IMG/VR virus record: IMGVR_UViG_644736323_000003
Location: 1,012-65,011 of that record
DNA from: a virus
Lineage: Duplodnaviria > Caudoviricetes
Reading direction: 5' to 3' (one strand)
DNA: 64,000 nt
Both the position numbers and the translations under genes were made by a program. A model generated the notes under the pieces. It saw nothing but the letters and a program-made list of their open reading frames with translations. It was not told where the DNA came from and searched no databases. Positions 9,829 to 18,389 of this stretch are shown here, piece after piece (within the stretch, counting starts at the first letter, position 1; each line of letters starts with the position of its first letter).

Positions 9829-10314
9829 TTGGCCACCCTCACTGCTCTGGTTGGGCCACCCGGTGCGGGCAAGACCACGGCGCGTTCCTGGTGGCCAGCC
9901 GCCCAGGTGATCAGCTTGGACGACCTGCGCGGTGCCCTGTCCCGCTGCGGCTGCCCCAACGACCAGGACACCACGCCGATCGCGGTGGCTGCGGCGTTCG
10001 CCGCAGCCCGCCACGCCCTGACCGCCGGACAGGACGTGCTGTGGGACGCCACCAACGCCACCACCGGCCGCCGCGATGCGCTGCTGCGCCTAGCCGCCGA
10101 GACCGGCAGCGGCACCGCCGCGGTCGTGCTGCTGCCGCCGCTGCAGGTCGCTCTGGCTCGCAACGCCGCCCGCTCGGACAGCCCGTGCTCGTGCGGTTGG
10201 CCGCGTCGCGTCCCCGCCGACGTCGTCACCTCGATGCACGCCGCCATCACCGCCGACCTGCCGGGTCTGCCCGCCGAGGGCTGGGGCCGCACCGAGATCT
10301 ACCGGGAGCACTGA
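9829..10314 (+). CDS. P-loop kinase (polynucleotide kinase-like, AAA_33)
   Basis: GPPGAGKTT, VISLDDLR, VLWDATN. Confidence 0.8.
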   Translation: MATLTALVGPPGAGKTTARSWWPAAQVISLDDLRGALSRCGCPNDQDTTPIAVAAAFAAARHALTAGQDVLWDATNATTGRRDALLRLAAETGSGTAAVVLLPPLQVALARNAARSDSPCSCGWPRRVPADVVTSMHAAITADLPGLPAEGWGRTEIYREH

Positions 10315-10316
10315 GC

Positions 10317-11807
10317 ATGCTGACCGCGACCGACCTGTTCTGTGGTGCCGGAGGATCCGGGCTGGGCGCGACCGCCGTGCCCGGCATCCAGCTGGTGATG
10401 GCCGCCAACCACTCCCCGCGGGCAATCGAGACCCACGCCACCAACTTCCCCCACTGCCAGCACGACTGCGCGGACATCTCCCAGGTCGTGCCGCGCCGCT
10501 ACCGCCGCACGAACATCCTGTGGGCCTCCCCGGAGTGCACCAACCACACCACGGCCAAGGGCCGCAAGCGCCGCGAGCACAGCCAGGAAGGGCTGTTCGC
10601 CGAGCCGCTGCCCGACCACGTCGCCGAGCGCAGCCGCGCGACGATGTGGGACGTCATCCGGTTCGCCGAGGCGCACCTGTACGACGCGGTGATCGTGGAG
10701 AACGTCGTCGAGGCCGCCCTCTGGGCGCCGTTCCAGTCGTGGCTGCTGGCCATGGACGCCCTCGGCTACCAGCACCACGTCGTCTACCTCAACTCCATGC
10801 ACGCACCGGCGATCCGCGCGCCGCGCGCGCCGCAGTCCCGCGACCGGATGTACGTGGTGTTCTGGCGGCGCGGCAACCGCACGCCGGACCTGGAGGTCAG
10901 GCCGCACGGCCGGTGCTCCGGCTGCGACCGCGAGGTGGAGTGCCGCCAGGTGTTCAAGCGGCGCGGCACCGGCTGGCCCGCCGCGCGCTGGGGCCGCTAC
11001 CGCGCCCAGTACACCTACGTGTGCGCCACGCCCGGCTGCGGACGCCCGGTGGAGCCGTACGCGATGCCCGCCTCGGCGGTGCTCGACTGGTCCGTGCTCG
11101 GGCAGCGCATCGGCGACCGCGCGCGCCCGCTGTCCGAGAAGACGTTGGGCCGCATCCGCGCCGGGCTGGCCCGCTACGCCACCGCCCCGCAGCTGGTGCC
11201 CTCCGGTGGCACCTGGAACGAGACCGCCCAGCCTGCGAGCGAGCCGTTCCGTGCGCGCACCACCCGCGAGACCGAGGGCCTGGTCGTGCCGGTGGAAGGC
11301 CGGGTCGGGAACGCCGCCGCGCCGACCTGGCAGCCGATCCGGACCCAGACCACCCGGCACGAGTCCGCGCTCGTCGTCCCCTACTACAGCACCAGCGAGT
11401 CCGCGTTCCCCGCCGACCGGCCGCTGGGCGCCCTGACCACCGTCGACCGGTACGGCCTGACGACCCTGCCCGACACTCCTGCCGACCGGGCGATGGTGAT
11501 GCGCAACAACTCCGCCCCGAGCGGCACCGGCGCGCACCTGTCGACCCCGGCTCGCGAACCGCTGCGCACCCTCACCACCGCCGGGCACCAGTCCCTCGTG
11601 GCCTGGCCCGAGGCCATCCCCGCCGTCGAGGACTGCACCTTCCGAATGCTAAGCGTGCAGGAAATCCAGGCCGCGATGGCGTTCCGCCCCGACTACACGA
11701 TCACCGGCTCCAAGCGGGAGCAGGTCCACCAGCTCGGCAACGGCGTCACCCCGCCCGCCGCCGAGTTCCTGTTCCGCGCCGTCGCCGACTCGCTCGGCGC
11801 GAACTGA
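10317..11807 (+). CDS. Orphan DNA (cytosine-5) methyltransferase
   Basis: DLFCGAGG (motif I), SPEC (IV), ENV (VI), QSRDRMY (VIII), QLGNGV (X); no cognate restriction enzyme seen. Confidence 0.92.
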   Translation: MLTATDLFCGAGGSGLGATAVPGIQLVMAANHSPRAIETHATNFPHCQHDCADISQVVPRRYRRTNILWASPECTNHTTAKGRKRREHSQEGLFAEPLPDHVAERSRATMWDVIRFAEAHLYDAVIVENVVEAALWAPFQSWLLAMDALGYQHHVVYLNSMHAPAIRAPRAPQSRDRMYVVFWRRGNRTPDLEVRPHGRCSGCDREVECRQVFKRRGTGWPAARWGRYRAQYTYVCATPGCGRPVEPYAMPASAVLDWSVLGQRIGDRARPLSEKTLGRIRAGLARYATAPQLVPSGGTWNETAQPASEPFRARTTRETEGLVVPVEGRVGNAAAPTWQPIRTQTTRHESALVVPYYSTSESAFPADRPLGALTTVDRYGLTTLPDTPADRAMVMRNNSAPSGTGAHLSTPAREPLRTLTTAGHQSLVAWPEAIPAVEDCTFRMLSVQEIQAAMAFRPDYTITGSKREQVHQLGNGVTPPAAEFLFRAVADSLGAN

Positions 11808-11833
11808 CCACCGCACTGCGACCCAGGAGAACC

Positions 11834-12511
11834 ATGAACGCCTCCAAGCCGACTGACCCGCCGATCACCGACGCAGCCATCGAGGCAGCGCGCGACGCGT
11901 TCGAGGAGAAGTTCAACGTCGGCATCAGCGACGACTACCTGCCCTCTCTCCGGAAGGTGATTGAGACCGGGGCAGCCGGAGTGCTGGCCGAGCGGGACGC
12001 GCTGCGGGCCGACCAGGACATCCGGCACGCTGCGCTCCGCAACGTCCTCGGCCTGCCCATCGGCGAGACCGCACCGACCTCCTACTACAAGGCGGTGCAG
12101 GTCGCCGAGGACGTTCGGCGGGAGCGGGACATGCTCGCCGCCGAGGTCGAGCGGCTGCGCCGTGACCTGTCGATCAGCGAGGAAGTGGCCGCCACTACCA
12201 AGTCGCACCTCCAGCGGCGCTGCGAGCGCCTGACCGCCGTGCGCGACCGGCTGCGCGCGGACCTGGCGGTGTCGCAGGCCAGCGACCGGGATAACGCCGC
12301 CGACCTCGCGCGGCTGACCGGCAAGCAGGTCACCGAGTGGGGCGTCCGGATCGTGCACCCCGAGGACATCGACTACGTGCAGCCCCGCCCCTCCGAGGAC
12401 CACGCCCGCCAAGCGCACGGCGACTACGAGCCGCCGTACACCACCACCGTGGTGTCCCGCACCGTCACGCGCGGCCCCTGGCAGCCCGCCAAACCGCCAA
12501 CGGAGGGCTGA
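11834..12511 (+). CDS. Coiled-coil phage protein sharing a module with 8758-9825
   Basis: AGGAG RBS; shared RCE.LTA.RD.L...LAVSQASDRDNA.DLAR. Confidence 0.65.
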   Translation: MNASKPTDPPITDAAIEAARDAFEEKFNVGISDDYLPSLRKVIETGAAGVLAERDALRADQDIRHAALRNVLGLPIGETAPTSYYKAVQVAEDVRRERDMLAAEVERLRRDLSISEEVAATTKSHLQRRCERLTAVRDRLRADLAVSQASDRDNAADLARLTGKQVTEWGVRIVHPEDIDYVQPRPSEDHARQAHGDYEPPYTTTVVSRTVTRGPWQPAKPPTEG

Positions 12512-12514
12512 CCG

Positions 12515-12709
12515 GTGCCGGACACCACCGACGCGATCCTCAGCGGTGCGGGCGGCACCGCCCTCGGCCCGGTCACCGAGCTCAGCGTCGAAGAGCAGCA
12601 GCGCGGGCGGCAGGCCGCCGCGAACTACGCCGCCCGCCACGACCTCGGCACGGACGGGCTGCGCGAACTGCTCGCAGCGCTCGGCCTGCTCCCCGACCAG
12701 CAGCCCTGA
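12515..12709 (+). CDS. Small hypothetical protein
   Basis: GGAGG RBS; followed by a hairpin. Confidence 0.5.
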   Translation: MPDTTDAILSGAGGTALGPVTELSVEEQQRGRQAAANYAARHDLGTDGLRELLAALGLLPDQQP

Positions 12710-12715
12710 ACGGGC

Positions 12716-12748
12716 GGGCCCCGCCGAGCTGATCCCTCGGCGGGGCCC
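12716..12748 (+). terminator. GC-rich hairpin
   Basis: 13-bp inverted repeat GGGCCCCGCCGAG / CTCGGCGGGGCCC. Confidence 0.55.
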
Positions 12749-12785
12749 CGAACCACCACCCAGCACCAGCCAGGAGGCACTACCG

Positions 12786-13100
12786 ATGATCCACCAGCAC
12801 ACCCGCAGCCCGCTCATCACCCCCGACCCGCCCAGCCCCACGAACTGGCGGCGCCGCGCGGCCTGCCGCTACTCGGACCCCGAACTGTTCTTCCCGCGGG
12901 GCCGCAACCAGCACGCCCGGCACCAGACCGAGGCGGCGCGGGCGGTCTGCCACACCTGCCCGGTCGTCGACCAGTGCCGCGAGGAGGCCCTCACGATGCA
13001 GCGGGACGACGGGGTGTGGGGCGCGATGGCCGCTGACGAGCGCCGCACCCTGAAGCAGCAGCGCACCCAGGCCGCCCACCGCGCCACCCGGAGGCCGTGA
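12786..13100 (+). CDS. whiB: WhiB-family Fe-S transcription factor
   Basis: WRRRAACRYSDPELFFP...CHTCPVVDQC...GVWG. Confidence 0.92.
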   Translation: MIHQHTRSPLITPDPPSPTNWRRRAACRYSDPELFFPRGRNQHARHQTEAARAVCHTCPVVDQCREEALTMQRDDGVWGAMAADERRTLKQQRTQAAHRATRRP

Positions 13101-13594
13101 TGGACGAGACGCGCGCGATCGCCCGCATGTCCGAGGTCCACGACCACGCCCGCGCCGACATGCTCCGCCAGGACGCCACCGCCCTCGGGTACATCGTGGC
13201 GGTGCTCGCCACCGCCGGTGTGGTCTCCCAGGTCGCCGCCGACCTGCCCGGCCCGGTGCTCTACGCGATCCTGCTCGACGCGGTCCCCGCGGTGCGCACC
13301 GCTGTGGCGGCGGCCGGGGTGCTGCGCGCCCGGTTCGGGAGCGGAGTGGCTGCGGCCGGGTCGTGGCCGCACGCCGCCGAGGCGGCGAGCGCCAGCGAGT
13401 TGGCGGAGGCGTACCGGGACGCCGACGAAGCGCTGCTGGTGGCGCGGCAGGCTCGCGCGGTGTCCCGGATCGCCGCCGACCGGGCCCGCGCTCTGGAGGT
13501 GCCGCGCCGGTGGCTGGTGCGCACGCTGGTGGCGCTGCCCGTGCTCGGTGCGCTCGGCGGGATCGTCGAGCTCGTGCTGGCGGTGGCCCGGTGA
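13097..13594 (+). CDS. Hypothetical membrane protein
   Basis: Two to three hydrophobic segments. Confidence 0.55.
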   Translation: MMDETRAIARMSEVHDHARADMLRQDATALGYIVAVLATAGVVSQVAADLPGPVLYAILLDAVPAVRTAVAAAGVLRARFGSGVAAAGSWPHAAEAASASELAEAYRDADEALLVARQARAVSRIAADRARALEVPRRWLVRTLVALPVLGALGGIVELVLAVAR

Positions 13595-14181
13595 CCGCCA
13601 CGGATTACCGCCAGGCCGCTCGTGCTGCCGGGGCGTGGGCTGTCCGGCTGACTCCCGATCGGCCGACCGCCGCGGTGGGCGCCAGCGCGCTGCTGGAGCA
13701 CCTCGCCTCCGCGCGCCTGCCGCTCACCGGCTACGTGGAGCGGCGCGGGGACCTGCTCGGCGAGGTGCTCCTGGCGCGGGACCCATCGGTCACGCACGGC
13801 ACCCCGTCCGTCGGGGCGTGCAAGCGGGTGGTGTCCGGGCTGCGCGGCTGGCACATCCGCCCGCTGGAGCAGGGCGTCCTGGTTGCCTTCGGGCTGCGCG
13901 AGGGCTACGACGAGGACGGCCGCGTGCACCGCGCCACCGAGGTGGCCGAGCTGCTGGCCCCGCCCACCGAGGTCGAGGAGCGCTGGCTGGTGTCGGCCCG
14001 CCTCGTGCCCGGCACCGCGTCGATCCGCTGGTGGCACGAGCCGTGCGCGGTCGTCACCGCACCCGAACAGGCCGTCGACCGGCTCGACGCGGTCGCCGCC
14101 GCGCTGGGCCAGCACCGCTACACGATCACCGACTGGACGCGCGGGCACACCACCGCCCGCGCCACCGGGGTCGCCAGGTGA
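13591..14181 (+). CDS. Hypothetical phage protein
   Basis: GTGA overlaps; host-like codon usage. Confidence 0.6.
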   Translation: MTATDYRQAARAAGAWAVRLTPDRPTAAVGASALLEHLASARLPLTGYVERRGDLLGEVLLARDPSVTHGTPSVGACKRVVSGLRGWHIRPLEQGVLVAFGLREGYDEDGRVHRATEVAELLAPPTEVEERWLVSARLVPGTASIRWWHEPCAVVTAPEQAVDRLDAVAAALGQHRYTITDWTRGHTTARATGVAR

Positions 14182-14276
14182 CCGCCCCCGAGCCCGACCC
14201 CGGCGAGATCGCCGAGGCCCGCCAGATTGCGGAGGAGCGAGCGCTCCTCGGCGAGATCATCGACGAGACCTGAGGA

Positions 14277-14480
14277 GTGGTCGTGAGCGCGATGGACGAG
14301 ATCCGCAAGGGCGTGGCCGCCCTGGGGGCTACCACCACCGATGACGAGCGCGCCGTCGTCCGTGCCGCGCTGCTGCACCTGGGCGGCCAGGCGCTGCGCA
14401 TGACCCGCGACCCCGCCGAGCGCAAGGAGATCGCCGCGGTGGTCGACCGGGCGCGCGGCACCGAGCGCCCCGCCAGCTGA
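14277..14480 (+). CDS. Small hypothetical protein
   Basis: GAGGAG RBS. Confidence 0.5.
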   Translation: MVVSAMDEIRKGVAALGATTTDDERAVVRAALLHLGGQALRMTRDPAERKEIAAVVDRARGTERPAS

Positions 14481-14487
14481 CCGGCAC

Positions 14488-14796
14488 GTGGTAGGGGTGG
14501 CGCGCACGACCGCGCCGCCCCTACCGGAGGACCACGTGGACCACGACCACCCCGCCCCGCCCGCCCTGGACATCAGTCCCGGCGACCACCCGCCCACCCT
14601 GGGCGAGATCCGCGACACCGCCGAGGCCCTGGCCGTCGAGTACCGCGACGCGCTGCTTGCCGAGGCCGAGGCAGGCGCCACCGGTTCCCGGCTGGTCGGC
14701 GTGCTGCTGGCGATGCTGCGCGAGGCCCACTGCGACTGCGGGCCACCGGACACCGGGCACCGCGCCCCCGTGATCCCCCTCCCGCCCCGCAACTGA
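14488..14796 (+). CDS. Hypothetical protein (true start may be the GTG near 14536)
   Basis: In operon orientation; GGAGG upstream of an internal GTG. Confidence 0.45.
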   Translation: MVGVARTTAPPLPEDHVDHDHPAPPALDISPGDHPPTLGEIRDTAEALAVEYRDALLAEAEAGATGSRLVGVLLAMLREAHCDCGPPDTGHRAPVIPLPPRN

Positions 14797-14832
14797 CCGG
14801 AACCCCTTGAACACCAACGGAAGGCGTGACAC

Positions 14833-15735
14833 ATGCCCGAGAAGACGAAGAAGCCCAAGGCGAAGACTTACGGCCCGCTCCAGCTCGCCGACCGCGTCGG
14901 CCTGGAGCGCTGGCAGGCCGAGGACGCCAGGGAACGAGGGCTGCTACCGGACCCGGACCTATCCAGCGGGCGGTGGTCCGAGGACGCCGCCCGGCAGCTG
15001 GAGCAGGACGTGGCCAGGATCGTCGAGGTCGTGGGCGCCGAGCACCCCATCGGGGCCGCGCGCGCCGCCACACGGCTGACCGCGCCCACCGGGCTGGAGC
15101 TGGACTGGTCCGACATCCGCGCGATCGCGGACACGCGGCCGGACCTGCTGCCGGTGGCCAAGGAGTACGAGAAGGGGGACCGGACCTACCCGCTGTACGC
15201 GGTGGCCGACCTGGACCGGCTGGCCGCCGAGCACGCCGCGCTGCTGGCCGGGGTCGTGGCGGACCGGCTGCGCTGGACCGCCGCCAGCCAGACCCCCGAG
15301 GACGCTGCCGCCGCGCTCGGCGTGAGCGTGCGCGAGCTGCACAAGGTGCCCGGCCTGGAGCGCGGGCCGCTCGGCCGCTACGACACCGGACAGGTCCGCG
15401 TGCTGGCCGCGGACGAGGACGCGGCGGCCGAGGTGATCGCCGACCGCCGCCTCGGCCCGGACCAGGCCGCCGCCCGGCTGGAGATCCGCAGGGTGGACTG
15501 GGACTACGCGGTCGCGGCCGGGTGGATCGCCCCGGTGGAGACGGTGTGGATGTCGGTGTCCCGGCGCCGCGAGGTGCCGGTGCCGCTCTACCGCACCGGC
15601 GACGTCGACGCGCTGCTGGAGATCCCCGGCGTGCCGTGGGAGCAGGTCCGGGCCTGCCGCCCCGGCGAGCCGTCGCTGTTGCGCGAGCTGCCAGCCTCGC
15701 CGCCGCGCAGGCGCCGCAAGCCCCTGAGCCGCTGA
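14833..15735 (+). CDS. Protein with several tandem HTH-like repeats
   Basis: YGPLQLADRVGL; IGAARAATRL...YAVADLD; TPEDAAAALGVS...YDTGQV; LGPDQAAARLEI...YRTGDVD. Confidence 0.6.
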   Translation: MPEKTKKPKAKTYGPLQLADRVGLERWQAEDARERGLLPDPDLSSGRWSEDAARQLEQDVARIVEVVGAEHPIGAARAATRLTAPTGLELDWSDIRAIADTRPDLLPVAKEYEKGDRTYPLYAVADLDRLAAEHAALLAGVVADRLRWTAASQTPEDAAAALGVSVRELHKVPGLERGPLGRYDTGQVRVLAADEDAAAEVIADRRLGPDQAAARLEIRRVDWDYAVAAGWIAPVETVWMSVSRRREVPVPLYRTGDVDALLEIPGVPWEQVRACRPGEPSLLRELPASPPRRRRKPLSR

Positions 15736-15749
15736 CCGCGAGGAGAACC

Positions 15750-16118
15750 ATGTCCCGTTTGCTGCCTGCCGTGCTCGCTGCGGCCCATCTCGCCGAGCGG
15801 ACCGGCTTGGAGGTCGAGCAGGAGGACGTCGAGTTCTACGCCAGCGTGTACCCCCGTTCGCTTCCCAGGAGCGCAACCGGCGAGTACTCCGTGGAGGACC
15901 TGGACTACGTGGCGTCCCACCGCTTGCCAGCGCTGACCGAGGTCTTCGAGGTTCGACGAGTGCGCAAATCCGTGCCCCAGAACGTCAGCGATCCTGCGGG
16001 CGAACGCACCACCGGTCGATCCGAGGGCGGCGGCTGCTCTCACCGGGAGTACCGCGCGGGTCAGGGGATGGGGAAGTGTCCGTCCTGCAAGCGCCGGATG
16101 ACCCAGTACGGCCGGTGA
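15750..16118 (+). CDS. Hypothetical HTH / Zn-ribbon protein
   Basis: AGGAG RBS; CSH...CPSC at C-terminus. Confidence 0.6.
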   Translation: MSRLLPAVLAAAHLAERTGLEVEQEDVEFYASVYPRSLPRSATGEYSVEDLDYVASHRLPALTEVFEVRRVRKSVPQNVSDPAGERTTGRSEGGGCSHREYRAGQGMGKCPSCKRRMTQYGR

Positions 16119-16123
16119 CCTGC

Positions 16124-16188
16124 GCACGCTGAACACCATGAGGGCCCCGCACCAGCACGGTGCGGGGCCTTCGCCCGGTTCAGCGTGC
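16124..16188. terminator. Long two-part hairpin ending the early operon
   Basis: GCACGCTGAAC/GTTCAGCGTGC outer stem; GGCCCCGCACC/GGTGCGGGGCC inner stem. Confidence 0.65.
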
Positions 16189-16362
16189 TTCGGCGTGACG
16201 GGTAGCGGCACTCGAACGGGGAGCGCACCCTCAAGAAGTGCCTGCAAACGCCGATGAGGTGGTGGTGACCTGCCGTCACCCCTCCGAGTCAAAGTGCGGT
16301 GTCGACCACCCGGTCGTGTCATTTTTGGTCGGCATGTGGTGCAATAACGAGAGACAACGCAT

Positions 16363-16378
16363 TCGAACAGACGTTCGA
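16363..16378. promoter_or_regulatory. LexA (SOS) box
   Basis: TCGAAC-AGAC-GTTCGA, exact match to the actinobacterial consensus TCGAAC-N4-GTTCGA. Confidence 0.85.
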
Positions 16379-16388
16379 TTGGAGTAGA

Positions 16389-17333
16389 ATGCGCCCCACG
16401 GAAGAGCAGCTCAGACTGCTCGCACTGTGCAAGGTCAAGGACGTCAACTGGTACCTCATCGCCCGCGAAGCGCAGCGCCCCGGCGGGGTGGACCGCCTGT
16501 GGAAAGCCCTCCCTCTGGAAGCCTCTGCTGACGCGACCAAGGCGATCAAGGCACTAAAGCCGCTCAACGGGGCTACCGATGAGTACATCGCGATGGCGCA
16601 AGCCGAGGTCGACAAGGTCCGCGAGGACGATGTCCGCCTGGTCACCGTGCTCGACGACGAGTTCCCTCCGAACCTGCGCTTGATCCCCAACGCGCCCCCG
16701 TTCCTGTTCGTGCGCGGGACCATGACCGACGCGGATCTGCGCAGCGTCGCAGTCGTGGGCACCCGCGATGCCAGCGAAGCCGGGCGCCAGCGCGCCGGAC
16801 GCATGGCGCGCGAACTGGTGGAGCGAGGGGTGACAGTCGTGTCGGGCTTGGCCCGCGGCATCGACACCGCAGCGCATACCGCCACCCTGAAGGCCGGTGG
16901 ACGGACGATCGCAGTGATCGGTACCGGAATCAACCGCTACTTCCCTGCCGAGAACCGGGTACTCACCGACAAGATCGCCACCGACGGACAAGGCGCGGTC
17001 GTATCGCAGTTCTGGCCCGACGCCAGCGGCGCTACCTGGACGTTCCCTCGCCGCAACATCACCATGTCAGGGATCGCTCAGGGGACGGTCGTCATCGAGG
17101 CTGGCAGCACCTCCGGCGCCAAGATGCAGGCGCGCGTCGCCTTGGAGCACGGCAAGAAGGTCTTCCTGATCAAGAGCCTGACCGAGCAGCAGGAGTGGGC
17201 ACGCAAGTACGTCGAGACACGAGGCGCGGTCCAGGTGGAGGACGTCAAGGCCGTGGCCGACGCACTCACCTCGCCTGAACGCATCCAGGCCGCCGATACC
17301 CTGAGGTCTCAACTAGTGATGGACTTCATCTGA
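16389..17333 (+). CDS. dprA: DprA/Smf-family protein (ShosA-like)
   Basis: FPPNLRLIPNAPPFLFVRG, SVAVVGTR, VVSGLARGID, IAVIGTG, FPRRN, VIEAGSTSGAKMQA; no C-terminal wHTH. Confidence 0.93.
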   Translation: MRPTEEQLRLLALCKVKDVNWYLIAREAQRPGGVDRLWKALPLEASADATKAIKALKPLNGATDEYIAMAQAEVDKVREDDVRLVTVLDDEFPPNLRLIPNAPPFLFVRGTMTDADLRSVAVVGTRDASEAGRQRAGRMARELVERGVTVVSGLARGIDTAAHTATLKAGGRTIAVIGTGINRYFPAENRVLTDKIATDGQGAVVSQFWPDASGATWTFPRRNITMSGIAQGTVVIEAGSTSGAKMQARVALEHGKKVFLIKSLTEQQEWARKYVETRGAVQVEDVKAVADALTSPERIQAADTLRSQLVMDFI

Positions 17334-17349
17334 CCGAGGGGGTGCGCAG

Positions 17350-18093
17350 GTGAACTACCAGCTCCCCCCACCGGCAGGTTTCGGCAACTGCAACGGGTGC
17401 GCCTACTTCGCCTCAGGGCCACCTCAGATCTGCCAGCAGTGTGCCTCGGAAACACTCGAACCGGCCGCACCGTGGTACTGCAGAGTGTGCGGCCAGCGTG
17501 TTGTCACGGAGCAGGACCGGTGCACCAACCGACTGTGCTCCGACCCTGGACGCCAGTTCGAGTTCAACCAGGCCATAGCCATGAAGACCGGCGCCCTTGA
17601 CACGGCAATCAAAGCGCACAAGTACTCCGGGCAGTGGGGATGGGGGATCATCTTCGCTCGTGTGCTCCTCGGGTACCTTGCGCGTGATCCTCGGGCAGCA
17701 GGCGCGGACTTGATCATCCCCATGCCGTCACGCCCGCTGCCGCCCGGCATCACCACCCGCAAAGGACACGACCACGCTGGCTGGATCATTGAATCAGCAG
17801 CGACCCAGGACGACAGGTACCCGTTCCGCTTCGCACCACCGGTGCTAATCAAGACACGGGACACCGAGCGCATGGTCTCCACCCGCGGCTACGCAGAACG
17901 CTGCACTCTGTCCAACGACATCTACAACGCGCTCCAAGTGCTCGACCCAGCCGCCGTGCACGGAGCCACGGTGGCAGTGGTCGACGACGTGTTCACCACG
18001 GGCAACACCCTCAATGCCGTGGCGCGTCGACTCCGCGAAGCCGGAGCCCGTGCCGTACGGGGCTTGACGCTCGCACGTGCCCCCTACCGCTAA
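17350..18093 (+). CDS. ComF-like phosphoribosyltransferase with N-terminal zinc ribbons (ShosT-like)
   Basis: CNGC, CQQC, CRVC, CTNRLC; PRPP loop VAVVDDVFTTGNT; C-terminal VRGLTLAR. Confidence 0.88.
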   Translation: MNYQLPPPAGFGNCNGCAYFASGPPQICQQCASETLEPAAPWYCRVCGQRVVTEQDRCTNRLCSDPGRQFEFNQAIAMKTGALDTAIKAHKYSGQWGWGIIFARVLLGYLARDPRAAGADLIIPMPSRPLPPGITTRKGHDHAGWIIESAATQDDRYPFRFAPPVLIKTRDTERMVSTRGYAERCTLSNDIYNALQVLDPAAVHGATVAVVDDVFTTGNTLNAVARRLREAGARAVRGLTLARAPYR

Positions 18094-18140
18094 GCGTCGA
18101 GCCTGATGCAGTCGGGCAGACAGCACCGACGAGCAGCACT

Positions 18141-18170
18141 GCGGCCCGGCATTGTGAGGTGCCGGGCCGC
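18141..18170. terminator. Hairpin between convergent operons
   Basis: GCGGCCCGGCA / TGCCGGGCCGC. Confidence 0.6.
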
Positions 18171-18194
18171 TTGATCGGACTGCGGTGAGTTGGG

Positions 18195-18389
18195 CTACCG
18201 GTCCATCGTCGGGTTGGGGTCGACGACGTCGCAGGAGGACGGGCTGCTGTCCGGCCACGACAGGTCGCCGTGCCGGTGGTGCCCAGCGTGCTCGCTGGTG
18301 AGCAAGCACCGCAGGGTGGGGCCGTCAGGCACGAGGTAGCAGGTCTGGCAGGTACCGCGTGGAGCCATCCAGGGGATGATGCTGGGCAT
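18195..18389 (-). CDS. Small Cys/His hypothetical protein
   Basis: TGATG coupling to the upstream gene. Confidence 0.4.
   Translation of the reverse strand: MPSIIPWMAPRGTCQTCYLVPDGPTLRCLLTSEHAGHHRHGDLSWPDSSPSSCDVVDPNPTMDR

Noticed and set aside
9516-10316. N-terminal extension making a 763-aa methyltransferase
   Set aside because: Overlaps two real genes in other frames; motif I follows ATG10317 directly
16299-16388. GTG16299 as the dprA start
   Set aside because: Region contains the LexA box and promoter-like sequence; GGAG precedes ATG16389
16389-18093. Host natural-competence locus (dprA/comF)
   Set aside because: Lies inside the prophage, has atypical composition, and lacks the usual chromosomal neighbours of either gene
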